From an uncultured Gemmatimonadales bacterium (GTDB lineage Bacteria > Gemmatimonadota > Gemmatimonadetes > Longimicrobiales > Gaopeijiaceae): a stretch of 64,000 nt of DNA. Positions 20,021-31,606 of the stretch are shown here, in pieces; the first letter of the stretch is position 1; every line of letters begins with the position of its first letter. Location: positions 3,168,001 through 3,232,000 of the forward strand of contig CAWELD010000003.1 in the NCBI GenBank assembly GCA_963809895.1, read 5' to 3'. The notes below the pieces were generated by a model, which worked only from the letters and a program-made list of their open reading frames with translations, did no database searches and was not told the DNA's origin. The position numbers and the translations under genes are program-made.

Positions 20021-20587
20021 TCAGTAGTGGCAGACCGTGCAGTCACGGCTGACGTTTCGTTCCACGTGACAGCTCACGCACCACCCCATCTTGCCCTTGC
20101 CCCACTGGGGGAGGGGCTCCGTGAGCACCGTCTGCTCCTGGATCGGACCGTGGCAGTCCTGACACTGGAGACCCGCCTTGATGTGCCGCATGTGGGGGTA
20201 GTGGACGTGGTCCGCGACCTTGTGGATGCGGACCCACGGGATCTGCTCACCCCGCTCGAAATAGCCCTTCAGCTTGTCCACTTCCTGGGGGTTGGCCGTA
20301 CCCGGGATCATGGTGTGGCACCCCATGCACGTGTAGACCGGAGGAAGCCCCGCATCCACCGAGCGCTCGGCCGAGAAGTGGCAGTACTGGCAGTCGATGT
20401 TGTAGGTCCCCGCGTGGATGTCGTGCGGGAACTGGATGGGCTGGGCCCGGGGGTCCGTGGAGCCGGCGTCGGCGGTGGCCGCCTGACCGGTGTCGGTGCC
20501 CTGGCCCTGCTCCTGGCTCTGGACGAAGGCCAGCGTTCCGGCCGTCGCCAGGACCGCAACGGCCGCAATCATCCAATGGTTCTTCAT
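20021..20587 (-). CDS. actA: Alternative complex III pentaheme cytochrome c ActA
   Basis: Five CxxCH motifs (CQYCH, CMGCH, CQDCH, CVSCH, CTVCH). Confidence 0.9.
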   Translation of the reverse strand: MKNHWMIAAVAVLATAGTLAFVQSQEQGQGTDTGQAATADAGSTDPRAQPIQFPHDIHAGTYNIDCQYCHFSAERSVDAGLPPVYTCMGCHTMIPGTANPQEVDKLKGYFERGEQIPWVRIHKVADHVHYPHMRHIKAGLQCQDCHGPIQEQTVLTEPLPQWGKGKMGWCVSCHVERNVSRDCTVCHY

Positions 20588-20828
20588 AGCGCCCTGACGC
20601 CCGTGTCGAGGGGTTCAAAACGGAGGTGCACCCAAGCTCGGCAGGAGCCTCGCTTGTGATCCCGTGGTGCAAGCCGAACGAAGGTAGACGGGGCGATTCC
20701 GGGTGTCAACGCGTCGTGAGGCCGCTCTGGAGGACCCTTTCCAGCGTTCCGGGTGTTATAGTTCGACCTCCTCCGTGACCTCGCCGCGCCCCCCTCGTCC
20801 ACCCGTATTCCCGCAACCTGGGAGGGTC

Positions 20829-21799
<971 letters not shown>

Positions 21800-21803
<4 letters not shown>

Positions 21804-22849
21804 GACGGCTCCGCGCCGCCTGGGCCCGCATGCGGGCCTGGCGCCGCATCCGCTTCACCACCGCGGGCTCCGTGTTCACGGCCGGCGCGCTGGCCGTGGG
21901 CTTCGCCGCCATCAACACCGGCAACAACCTCCTCTATCTCCTGCTCGGCGCCATGCTGGGCGCCATGGCCGTGAGCGGCTGGCTTTCGGAGCAGACCATC
22001 CGCGACGTGCACGTGAGCCGGAGCGTGCCCCGGGGCACGGCCGCCGGCCAGGAAGTCCGGATCCGCTACCATGTGCGCAACAGGAAGCGTCGCCTTTCGA
22101 CCCTGGCGTTGGAGATCGGCGAGAACGGACTGCCCGGCTCGGCCTTCGTCGACCGCATCCCCCCGCAGGGCACTCGCGAGGTACGCGCGGTCAACACCTT
22201 CGAGCGCCGGGGCGTGTACCCGCTGGAAGCCGTCACCCTCTCCACCGACTTCCCCTTCGGCCTCTTCCGCAAGGAGCGCGATCTGCGCGCCCCCGGCGAG
22301 CTGGTGATCTGGCCGGTCACCGACCGTCCGGTGCGGGCACCGCTCCCCGGTAGCGGCCGACGCCGCTCGCGCCTGGCCCCCATGACCACCGCGGGTCCCG
22401 GGGGGCGCGGCGAGTACCGTGGACTCAGGGCGTACCGGCCCGGCGACGAGCCCCGGGACATCCACTGGCGCACCTCGGCCCGCGTCGACGCGCCGGTGGT
22501 GCGCGTGTACGAGCGCGACGCGTCGGAAACCCTCTGGATCTGCCTGGACCTGGGCGCCGAGCCCGGCCAGGCCGCCGAGGTGACGGTGGAAATCGCCGCG
22601 GCGCTGGCCGCCCGTGCGGCGGACGAGGGCAAGCGCTTCGCCCTGGTGGCCGGCGAGGGCTTCCTGCCACCCGGCACCGGAGCGGCCCACCTGGAGGCCG
22701 CCCTCGAGCGGCTGGCCCGGGTGGATTTCCGGCCGGGCACGCCGCCCCCGTCGCCGCCCATCGAGCGTGTCGCCTGCGTGCTGGTCTCGGTGAGCGGCCG
22801 CGACGGAGCCGCCTACGCCGACGTCTACCGGCCGGGGGCCGACGCGTGA
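21800..22849 (+). CDS. DUF58 domain protein
   Basis: FPFGLF, LRAYRPGDEPRDIHWRTSAR. Confidence 0.9.
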
Positions 22850-24849
22850 GCCTGGACCGCACGCACCGTCGCCTGAGCGTGGCGCTGGCGCTGAGCGCGC
22901 TGGCCGCCTTCTCCGGAGGCGCCGGCTTCGAGCCCGTGGGCGGCCTGCTGGCCGCGGTCCTGCTCCTGGCCATCCTGGTGCGTCCGCCCAACGCCCGGGT
23001 CGCACGGGTCGCGGAGCGGATCCTCGGCCCTCTGGCCGCCCTCCTCGTGCTCCGGGTGCTGGTCCACATCTTCGTGTTGGGCGGCGATGTCGTGATGCCC
23101 GTGGTGGACCTGCTGCTGTTGCTGCTGTGCGGCGAGTGCATGCGGGCGCCGGAGTCGAAGAACGAGGTGCGCATCTACGCCCTGGCGTTCGCTCTCCTGC
23201 TGGCGGCCACCGCCTACCGCCCCGGCGTGCTCTTCGCCCTGGCCTTCGTGGTCTTCGTGGCCCTGGCGTCGGTGACCGTGCCCGTGGGACTGCTGCGCCG
23301 GAAGGCCGAGCGCTTCGGGCTGCGAGAGGTGAAGCTGGACCGGGCGTTCGTGGGCACCAGCCTGGCGTTGTCGCTGGTCACCCTGGGGGCCAGCGCGGTG
23401 GTCTTCCTGGCGTTTCCCAGGGTGTCCCGTGCCGGACCCGGCGGCGCCGATCGCATGGCCCGCTCCGTGGCGGGGTTCTCGGACCAGATCTCCATCGGCG
23501 AGCACGGCTCGCGCATCTACGCCAATCCCGAGATCGTGCTGCGGGTGGAGTTTCCCGACGGGCGGCCGCTGGACTTCCTCTCCTTCCACTGGCGAGGTCG
23601 TTCGTACGATCGCTTCGACGGCGTGCGCTGGCACCGCACCCGGGGGATCCGCCCGTCGGCCGCGCCCCCGCGCTGGTACGACGACCGCTGGCCCGGCCCG
23701 CGCATCCGCCAGGAGATCTGGGCGGCGCCGCTGGACGTGCGCGTGCTGTTCGCGCTGCACCCGGTGGTGGAGCTGGACACGCGCCCGGGCCTCCGTCCCC
23801 TCATGGACAACGTGGGCGACCTGTCGTACTGGGGATCGAGCACCCCCGCCTACACCGCCGTCTCGGTGGTGGGCCGTCCGCGGCCCGACTCGCTGCGCGC
23901 CGCCGACGGGGGATTCGGTCCCGACCGCGCCCGCTACCTGCAGCTCCCCGAGCTTCCGGCGCGCATCCACGCGCTGGCCGACTCCCTGACCCGCGACCAG
24001 CCCACGCGCTACGACAAGGTGGTGGCGGTGGAGCGCTACCTGCGGAGCTTCCGCTACACCCGCGAGCTTCCGCGTACCGCCGAGCAGACCTCGCTCGACT
24101 ACTTCCTCTTCGAGCGCAAGGCGGGGCACTGCGAGTACTTCAGCACGGCCATGGTGGTGCTGCTTCGCGAGGCCGGCATCACCGCCCGCAACGTGAACGG
24201 CTTTCTCGGGGGACGCTGGAACGAGGTGGGGGCCTACCTGGCCGTCACCCAGAACGAGGCCCATTCGTGGGTCGAGGTGTGGTTCCCCGAGTACGGGTGG
24301 GTGACCTTCGATCCCACCCCCTCGGGCGATACGGCGGGCACCGAGGCCACCGCCTGGTTCTGGCCCGGGCGCTTCCTGCTGGACGGGCTGCAGCACCGCT
24401 GGAGCAAGTGGATCCTGGACTACTCGCTCACCGAGCAGACCAGCGCCTTCCGGACGCTGCGGCGCTGGCTCACTCCGGACCGGCCCCAGGAGCTGGGGGG
24501 GCCCGGCTCCTGGATGAACGACACCCGGATCTGGCTCGGACTCCTGGCGCTCATGGTGGGGCTGGCCGCCCTCCGCTGGCTGCGGCTGCGGGCCCGGCGG
24601 CGTCCCGAGTCCGTGGCCTACCGGAAGGCCCTGCGGCTGGCCCGCCGCGCCGGCATCGTCGAGGGAGGGCAGGTCGCGCCCCTGGCGCTGTTGAGGCGGA
24701 TCCGGACCCGGGCGCCGGCGGCGGCCCCGGCGGCGGAGACGCTGGTGGAGCTCTACCTGGAGGCCCGCTTCTCGGGCCGGCCGCCTCCGCCCGACCTGCG
24801 CTCGTCCATGGGCTCGGCGCTGTCCGGCCTGAGGCGCGCCCTCCGCTGA
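22846..24849 (+). CDS. Membrane transglutaminase-like protein (TgpA/DUF3488)
   Basis: N-terminal TM helices; GHCEYFST, AHSWVEV, FDPTP. Confidence 0.9.
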   Translation: MSLDRTHRRLSVALALSALAAFSGGAGFEPVGGLLAAVLLLAILVRPPNARVARVAERILGPLAALLVLRVLVHIFVLGGDVVMPVVDLLLLLLCGECMRAPESKNEVRIYALAFALLLAATAYRPGVLFALAFVVFVALASVTVPVGLLRRKAERFGLREVKLDRAFVGTSLALSLVTLGASAVVFLAFPRVSRAGPGGADRMARSVAGFSDQISIGEHGSRIYANPEIVLRVEFPDGRPLDFLSFHWRGRSYDRFDGVRWHRTRGIRPSAAPPRWYDDRWPGPRIRQEIWAAPLDVRVLFALHPVVELDTRPGLRPLMDNVGDLSYWGSSTPAYTAVSVVGRPRPDSLRAADGGFGPDRARYLQLPELPARIHALADSLTRDQPTRYDKVVAVERYLRSFRYTRELPRTAEQTSLDYFLFERKAGHCEYFSTAMVVLLREAGITARNVNGFLGGRWNEVGAYLAVTQNEAHSWVEVWFPEYGWVTFDPTPSGDTAGTEATAWFWPGRFLLDGLQHRWSKWILDYSLTEQTSAFRTLRRWLTPDRPQELGGPGSWMNDTRIWLGLLALMVGLAALRWLRLRARRRPESVAYRKALRLARRAGIVEGGQVAPLALLRRIRTRAPAAAPAAETLVELYLEARFSGRPPPPDLRSSMGSALSGLRRALR

Positions 24850-24949
24850 GCGGACCAGCGGACGGCCGCGGGCGGGGCAGCCGTTGCACCGGAACCCGCC
24901 GCGGGACATCCTGAAGCACGAAGTCCCCATTCCACGCCGACGCCACGCC

Positions 24950-25711
24950 ATGCCACACGGCCATCCCTGGGGCACCCACGCCCTTCCCGAGCACGAGGAC
25001 CTGGTTCTAGCGCTGGGTCCCACCGAGATCCGCCTGCGCCGCCAGGAGGGGGAGCTCCGCGCCCGCGTCACCCGCGAGGGATCGGTGCCCGACGAGGACG
25101 AGGGCTGGACCCGCTGGGCCGCCGGCGACCTGGAGAGGGTGGCCGTGGAGCCCGTCTTTCCGGACCGGCCCCTGGTGGTGGAGCCCGAGGTGCCGTTCTG
25201 GCTGTTGGGCGGCGGCGATGCCCGCATCTACGTGCGCGTGCCGCTGTGGCTGCACCTCGAGGGACTGGGTCGCGCGCGCCATTCGCTGCTCCGGGTCCCC
25301 AGCATGGCGCTGTCCGACACCTGGTGGGGGACCCCGGAAGAGGGCGAGCTCTGCTACTGGCTGGGCACGCACGCGCGCCGCGCCATCGCGCCGGAGCTCT
25401 ACCAGCCCCACCTGGCCATCTGCCCGCTCCAGCTCGTGAACCGGGCCGAGGAGGACCTGCACGTGGACAAGATCGCGCTGCGGGTGGCCTTCCTGTCGCT
25501 CTACCAGTACGGCGAGGCGCTGTGGGCCGACGAGACCCGGGTGCTCTACCTGGGCGAGGACGAGGGTAGTCGCCTGGAGATGGCGGGGCGGGCGCCCACC
25601 GAGGCGCCGGGCGCCGGACGCATCACGCCCCCGGCCGAGCCCATGAGCCGGGGATTCCGGGCCCGGACCTTCCGGCGCCTGCGCCACCTCACGGGAGGAC
25701 TCTTCGGATGA
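24950..25711 (+). CDS. DUF432-like protein
   Basis: PVFPDRPLVV, LSDTWWG...GELCY; adjacent to mscS. Confidence 0.6.
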   Translation: MPHGHPWGTHALPEHEDLVLALGPTEIRLRRQEGELRARVTREGSVPDEDEGWTRWAAGDLERVAVEPVFPDRPLVVEPEVPFWLLGGGDARIYVRVPLWLHLEGLGRARHSLLRVPSMALSDTWWGTPEEGELCYWLGTHARRAIAPELYQPHLAICPLQLVNRAEEDLHVDKIALRVAFLSLYQYGEALWADETRVLYLGEDEGSRLEMAGRAPTEAPGAGRITPPAEPMSRGFRARTFRRLRHLTGGLFG

Positions 25712-26601
25712 GCGCCGTGGCCGGCGTTCTCGCGGCGCTGCAGCAGGCGAGCACCGGCGACGGTGGGAGCTGGGTGGACAACCTCCGGTTCGCCGATCCC
25801 GCCTCGGTCCTGCGCGCGCTGGCCTTTCTGGTGGTGGGGCTTCCGGTGGCGCTGCTCCTGTCCAAGTGGATCCGGGCCTGGGTGGTGCAGCAGTCCAACC
25901 CGCAGCGCGGGCTCGTCATCGGCAAGCTGATCTGGTACGTGGGGCTGGCCATCATCATCGTGTCGACGCTGAACGAGCTGGGCTTCAGCCTGGCGCCGCT
26001 CCTGGGCGCCGCCGGCATCCTGGGCATCGCACTGGGCTTCGCGTCGCAGACCTCGGTGTCCAACGTCATCAGTGGCTTCTTCCTCATGGCGGAGCAGCCC
26101 TTCGTCGTCGACGACGTCATCCAGGTGGGCGACACCGTGGGGCGCGTCCTCTCCATCGACATGATCTCGGTGAAGCTCCGCACCTTCGACAACCGCTTCA
26201 TCCGCATCCCCAACGAGACCATCGTCAAGAGCCAGGTCACCACCATCACGCGCTTTCCGATCCGCCGCGTGGACGTGCGCGTCGGCGTGGCGTACAAGGA
26301 GGACCTGGCCCGGGTGCGGGAAGTGCTCCTGCAGGTGGCCGACGCCAACCCACGCTGCCTCATGGAGCCCGAGCCGCAGGTGATGTTCCAGGGCTACGGG
26401 GAGTCGTCGCTGGACTTCCTGTTCGCCGTGTGGGCCACGCGCGAGAACTGGCTGCAGCTCAAGAACTCGATCCACGAAGAGATCAAGACGCGCTTCGACG
26501 AGGAGGGCATCGAGATCCCCTTCCCGCACCGGACGCTGTACGCCGGCAGCGTCACCGATCCCTTCCCCGTGCGGGTGGTGGAGGACACGCCGAAGGAGTG
26601 A
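25708..26601 (+). CDS. mscS: Small-conductance mechanosensitive channel
   Basis: GAAGILGIALGFASQ, IRIPNE, GIEIPFP. Confidence 0.9.
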   Translation: MSAVAGVLAALQQASTGDGGSWVDNLRFADPASVLRALAFLVVGLPVALLLSKWIRAWVVQQSNPQRGLVIGKLIWYVGLAIIIVSTLNELGFSLAPLLGAAGILGIALGFASQTSVSNVISGFFLMAEQPFVVDDVIQVGDTVGRVLSIDMISVKLRTFDNRFIRIPNETIVKSQVTTITRFPIRRVDVRVGVAYKEDLARVREVLLQVADANPRCLMEPEPQVMFQGYGESSLDFLFAVWATRENWLQLKNSIHEEIKTRFDEEGIEIPFPHRTLYAGSVTDPFPVRVVEDTPKE

Positions 26602-26748
26602 GATGGCGGGGTCAGCGCGCCCCGGCGTGGTAGCCGGGCGCCGGGCGTCACACTAGAGACGCGGACGGCGCCGTGCTACTGTAGAGGCGGCAGGCCGCAG
26701 GCGTCCGGCGCCCGAGCCCGCCTCAGTCCCGTCGCAGCCCGAACGCCC

Positions 26749-27060
26749 ATGTCCGACGAAACCACCCCTCCCGCCGACGCCGAGTCCCACGGCCCTCCTT
26801 CCCAGGGACACCACCTGGCCACCGTGAGCCAGGGGGGCCGCTTCTGGGACGTGTACGTGGAGTTCGACGACGATCCGCGCCGACAGGACTCGTACGGCGC
26901 GCTGCTGTGCTTCTCGCCCGCCGACTCGGAAGACGGCGCCGGCACGGTGCGCACGGCGACCATCCTCATCGAGCCCTCGTACGAAGAGATCCTGTACCGG
27001 GCCCGGAGCTTCGAGGACCACCAGCTCGTGGGGCTGCTGCGCTCCTGCCTGCCGGACTGA
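26749..27060 (+). CDS. Hypothetical protein
   Basis: Compact protein-like ORF in an intergenic gap. Confidence 0.6.
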   Translation: MSDETTPPADAESHGPPSQGHHLATVSQGGRFWDVYVEFDDDPRRQDSYGALLCFSPADSEDGAGTVRTATILIEPSYEEILYRARSFEDHQLVGLLRSCLPD

Positions 27061-27097
27061 ATCCGGACCGGGTCCAACCGGCGCCCGGGCCGGAGCC

Positions 27098-28336
27098 CTA
27101 CGCTTCGCGCACCCAGCGCACCAGCTCGGGCAGCGTGGGACGCTTGCCCGACATGAGGATCCCCACCTTGTAGATGCGTCCGGCCACCCAGGCCACGGCC
27201 ACCACCGTCAGCGCCATGAGCACCACGCTGAGCCCCACCTGCCAGAGCGGGGCGGCGCCGATGGACGCCCGGGCGAACATGAGCACCGGGCTGAAGAAGG
27301 GGATCAACGAGAGCGTCACCGACATGCCGCTGTTGGGCTCCTTGATGATCTGCGTCACGAAGACGATGGGGATGATGAGCAGCATCATCACCGGGAGCTG
27401 CGCCTGCTGGGTCTCCTCTTCGGAGTTGCACATGGCGCCCACGGCGGCGTAGGTGCCCGAGAAGATGAAGTAGCCGCCCAGGAAGTAGATGAGGAAGTAG
27501 ACCATGTAGCTCATCCCGGGCAGCACGGCGGCGAAGTCCGACATCTCGCCCAGCTCCGGCCGCGCCGCCAGCAGCATCGGCACCCCGGCGCTGGCGATGA
27601 CGATGCCCGACGCCACCCAGATGCCGAGCTGCGTCAGCCCCACGGCGCCCACCCCCAGGATCTTGCCCAGCATGAGGTCGAAGGGCCGCATGCTGGAGAG
27701 CACCACCTCCACCACCCGGCTGGTCTTTTCCTCCAGCACCGAGCGCATGATGGAGACCGCGTACAGGAGGATCACCATGTAGAGCAGGAAGGCCCCGATG
27801 TAGGCGCGCGCGAAGCCCGCCTCGTCCTGGGCACCGTTGTCGGACAGGACGGTGAGCACCAGGTCGCCGCCGGCCAGGAGGCTCCGCACCTCGTCGGTGT
27901 CGGCCTGGAGCCGGGCCTCCAGCGCGCTCTGCACCACCGCCTGCCGCAACGTGAGCATGCGGATGGCCGAGGGACTGCTCTCGGCGTGGAGCTCGGCCCG
28001 GCCCCGGGCCAGCGTCTGGTCGGAGAGCACCAGGTAGCCGCCCAGATCGCCGTCGCGGATGCTCTGCTCCAGCGAGGCCTCGTCGCCCGCCGAGGCCTGC
28101 TCCACCGTGTAGCCACCGTCTTCCAGCCGGGGCGCCAGCCGCCCGTAGAGCACCCCGGTCTGGTCCACCACGGCCAGCGTGCGGTCCACCTGCTGGCCCC
28201 GCGACTGCATGAGCGCCGGCACCACGATCAGGCCCAGCAGGAAGAGGGGGCCCGCCACCGTGGCGAACACGAACCAGCGCGAACGCACGCGCTGCAGATA
28301 CTCGCGGCGGATCACCGCACCGACCACGCTGCTCAT
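27098..28336 (-). CDS. ABC-2 type transporter permease (NatB/YhaP-like)
   Basis: IRREYLQRVR, EEKTSRVVEVVLSS, GKILG. Confidence 0.88.
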   Translation of the reverse strand: MSSVVGAVIRREYLQRVRSRWFVFATVAGPLFLLGLIVVPALMQSRGQQVDRTLAVVDQTGVLYGRLAPRLEDGGYTVEQASAGDEASLEQSIRDGDLGGYLVLSDQTLARGRAELHAESSPSAIRMLTLRQAVVQSALEARLQADTDEVRSLLAGGDLVLTVLSDNGAQDEAGFARAYIGAFLLYMVILLYAVSIMRSVLEEKTSRVVEVVLSSMRPFDLMLGKILGVGAVGLTQLGIWVASGIVIASAGVPMLLAARPELGEMSDFAAVLPGMSYMVYFLIYFLGGYFIFSGTYAAVGAMCNSEEETQQAQLPVMMLLIIPIVFVTQIIKEPNSGMSVTLSLIPFFSPVLMFARASIGAAPLWQVGLSVVLMALTVVAVAWVAGRIYKVGILMSGKRPTLPELVRWVREA

Positions 28337-29295
28337 GACACACCTCCCGCCGCCGCGGCTTCCAGGGGCACACCGGCGGCCTCGGCGGCCTCCGTCCCGG
28401 CATGGCGCACGAAGATCTCGTGCAAGCGGGGCTCCACCATCTCGAAGCGCCGGATGCGCACGCCCGCGTCCACGGCGCGGCGCAGGATCGCCTGGGGATC
28501 GGCGTCGTCGGAAAGCAGGAGATGCACCGCCTCGCCCACGTGATCCCGGCTGAGCACGTCGGGGCCGTCGAGCCAGGCGTCCGGACCCTCGAAGACCACC
28601 GCCAGCACGCCCTTGCGCTCGGCCTTCTTGATCTCGCGCAGGTCGCCGTCCAGCACCTTCTTGGCCCGGCTGATGAGGCAGACGCGCTCGCACAGGCGCT
28701 CGGCCTGATCCATGAGATGCGTGGAGAAGAGGATGGTGGTGCCGCGCTCGTGGAAGTCCAGGATGATCTCCTCGAGCACGTCCTGGTTGATGGGATCCAG
28801 CCCGCTGAAGGGCTCGTCCAGGATGAGCAGGTCCGGCTCGTGCAGGACCGTGGCGATGAACTGGACCTTCTGCTGCATCCCCTTGGACAGGTCCTCGGCC
28901 CTCTTCTGCTCGGTGTCGCCCAGCCCCAGGCGCTCGAGCCAGGCACCGGCGCGCTTGCGGCCCTCGCTCCGGGCCACGCCCCGGATCTCGGCCAGGAAGG
29001 TGAGCAGGTCCAGCACCTTCATCTTCTTGTAGATGCCCCGCTCTTCGGGCAGATAGCCCACGTGGTGGCGCCGCGTCTCCTCGGGATCGCCGCCGAACAG
29101 GTCCACGGCACCCTCGTCGGGGTGGAGAATCCCCATGATCATGCGAATGGAGGTCGTCTTGCCCGAGCCGTTGGGTCCCAGGAGCCCGTAGAGGCTGCCC
29201 CGGGGGATCTCCAGGTCGAGATGGTCCACCGCCGTGTGCTTGCCGAAGCGCTTGGTGACGCCACGGAGTCGAACGGCGACATCGTGCTCGCTCAT
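28333..29295 (-). CDS. ABC transporter ATP-binding protein
   Basis: GPNGSGKT, LSKGMQQK, LDEPFSGLDP. Confidence 0.93.
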   Translation of the reverse strand: MSEHDVAVRLRGVTKRFGKHTAVDHLDLEIPRGSLYGLLGPNGSGKTTSIRMIMGILHPDEGAVDLFGGDPEETRRHHVGYLPEERGIYKKMKVLDLLTFLAEIRGVARSEGRKRAGAWLERLGLGDTEQKRAEDLSKGMQQKVQFIATVLHEPDLLILDEPFSGLDPINQDVLEEIILDFHERGTTILFSTHLMDQAERLCERVCLISRAKKVLDGDLREIKKAERKGVLAVVFEGPDAWLDGPDVLSRDHVGEAVHLLLSDDADPQAILRRAVDAGVRIRRFEMVEPRLHEIFVRHAGTEAAEAAGVPLEAAAAGGVS

Positions 29296-29480
29296 GCGGG
29301 TCTCTCGGGTACGGGTGTGGGAGTCGGGGGATCGCGGGTCGGCAGCGCGAGTCCGGTGTCGTGTACGGATCAGGGCGGCGGAGCCTTCATCGAGCCCTCC
29401 TGGGGTCCTCCGTCATTGCCGCATGTGGAAAACCTCATAGATTCAGTGTTCTCGGGAAACTGTAGAACTCAGGAGGCTGA

Positions 29481-29675
29481 ATGGCCATCTACCGGACGCT
29501 CTATTACGGGGACGTCAACGTCGGCGTCGGCGGTCGGATCACCATCCCGCAGGATATGCGAGACGATCTCCGAATCGAAGAAGGCGACAACCTCACGGTC
29601 CGGGTCGAGGAGAATCCGAACGGCATCCGTCAGATGGTCATCTGGCGAGCCGAGCAGCAACCCGAGGACGAATAG
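29481..29675 (+). CDS. AbrB/MazE/SpoVT family DNA-binding protein
   Basis: GRITIPQDMRDDLRIEEGD. Confidence 0.8.
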   Translation: MAIYRTLYYGDVNVGVGGRITIPQDMRDDLRIEEGDNLTVRVEENPNGIRQMVIWRAEQQPEDE

Positions 29676-29681
29676 TCGTCC

Positions 29682-30194
29682 ATGGCTCCCCTCGTCCGGG
29701 TCGAGGAGGGGGACATCGCCACGTTCCGCGGCGACGCCGTCGTGAACGCGGCCAACAACCATTTGCGCCTGGGCGCCGGCGTGGCCGGAGCCATCGCGCA
29801 GGCGGGCGGCCCCGCCATCCAGGCGGAGTGTGACGAGCACATCCGACGGCACGGTCCTCTCCCGGTGGGCGACGCCGCCATCACCGGCGCCGGGAATCTC
29901 CCGGTGCGCTGGGTGATCCACGCCGCGGCCATGGGTGACGAGCCCGCGTCGGAGGCCTCCATCCGCGGCTCCACGCGCCGCTCCCTGGAGCTCGCCGCCG
30001 AGCACGACATCCGGAGCCTGGCCTTCCCGGTCCTGGGCACCGGCGTCGCGGGCTTCCCCTTCGACGCGTCGGCCCGGGCCATGCTGGAAGAGGTGCACGC
30101 CCACGGCGCCACCGCCGAGCTGCCGGAGACGGTGGTGTTCTACGGCTACGGCCCGGACCAGGCCGCCGCGCTCCGGCGCATCATCGCCGGCTGA
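29682..30194 (+). CDS. Macro domain (ADP-ribose binding/hydrolase) protein
   Basis: GDI, VNAAN, GVAGAI, LGTGVAGF. Confidence 0.9.
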   Translation: MAPLVRVEEGDIATFRGDAVVNAANNHLRLGAGVAGAIAQAGGPAIQAECDEHIRRHGPLPVGDAAITGAGNLPVRWVIHAAAMGDEPASEASIRGSTRRSLELAAEHDIRSLAFPVLGTGVAGFPFDASARAMLEEVHAHGATAELPETVVFYGYGPDQAAALRRIIAG

Positions 30195-30236
30195 GTCACG
30201 CGGGGCCCCTCCGTCGCGGTGCGACTCCACCCGGCG

Positions 30237-31606
30237 TCACCGGGACGCATCCGCCGACCATTCCACCGTGCGGGCCAGACGCCGTAGCGGCCCCTGCCCG
30301 TCGTGCAGCCACCACGCCGGCGGGAACGGGATCTCGGCCAGGGGCGCCACCCGGGAGCCTCCGGCCCGGGCCACCACCTCGGCCAGGCGGGTCTCGTCGT
30401 CGCCGTCCAGTCCCGCCACCCCCACGCTCTGCAGGTGGCGGGCGGCCGGCGCCAGGACCCGGGCCAGCGCCTCCACCGAGGGGACCGGCGTCAGGTGGAT
30501 GGTGCGTACGAGGCAGGAGGGCCTCAGCTGCCGCGCCGGATCCAGCACCACGGTCCAGGTCAGGCCCTCGCCGGTGAGGAGCGTGACCCCTTCGCCCGCG
30601 GCGGCACGCAGCTCGGCGGTGCCACGGAGCTGTTGGACCGCCGCGGCTTCGCCCGGCTCGGGCCCAACCGGCGGCAGGGTGAGCGCCGCCCGCTCCAGCG
30701 CATCGGCCAGGTGGCGGGCGAAAGCCCGGGCCGTGTCGGCGTCGGCTCCGACCAGGAAGGCCTGCTGCGGACAGACGCAGCCCCGTTGATCGAAGCTGGA
30801 CACGGCGGTGGCCAGGGCATCGGCGGCACCCGGGTCCGCGAACGCGCCGGCGCCCAGCACGGCCACGCTGACGCGGTGGGCGTAGGGCACCACCTGCACG
30901 CTTCCGGACAGGCGGCTCCGCACCGAGCGCACCGTGTCGTCGCTGCCGTAGATCACCACCTGATCCGCCGCGGCCAGCACCCGGCTCTCCAGCGCCTCGG
31001 CGTCCTCGCTCCCCCGGGCCAGTAGAGCACCGCGGCAGCCGCGGACAGCCGCCGGCCCACCTGGCCGGCGTCGGCCAGGGCCCGCTGGAACAGGACCGGC
31101 AACACCACGTCGCCGGCCCCGGGTTTGAGCAGCACCGCGCCCTTGAGGAGCAGCCCGCGCACGAGCGAGGTGACCGACACGCCGGGCACGGTGCCGCTGC
31201 ACAGGTGGACCGAGAGCTCGGGTCCCAGCACCCGCAGCCGCCGCGAGGCCCCAGCGCCGGCGCGCGCAGGCATGTCGCGAAAGCCGTCCAGTACGCCCGG
31301 ATCGTGGAACTCCTCCCGGAGCAGTCGCTGGAGCCGCTCACGGGTCCAGTCCCTCGCCATGCCGTCCAGGATGTAGCGGACCTGCGGCGCCGACATGCCC
31401 GCGTGGGCCGGCAGGAGCTCCAGGGCGCGCCGGCGAAGCGGATCGGCGGGATCGACGAAACGCTCGCCCACCCGGCCCAGCGCCTCCGCCACCTGCGCCA
31501 CCGGCACGTCCCGGAGCGCGGCCGCACCCTGGCGGAGATCCGCGAGCAGCCCCTCGAGCTCGGCGGGCGTGGGCAGGGGCCCGGCGTCGAACGTGGGTTC
31601 GCTCAC
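30237..31606 (-). pseudogene. LuxC-like acyl-CoA reductase, split by one frameshift near 31015 (may be a sequencing indel)
   Basis: N-half (GTVPGVSVTSLVRGLLLK...LYWPGG) and C-half (VVIYGSDDTV, FDQRGCVCPQ, HDG) in different frames. Confidence 0.75.
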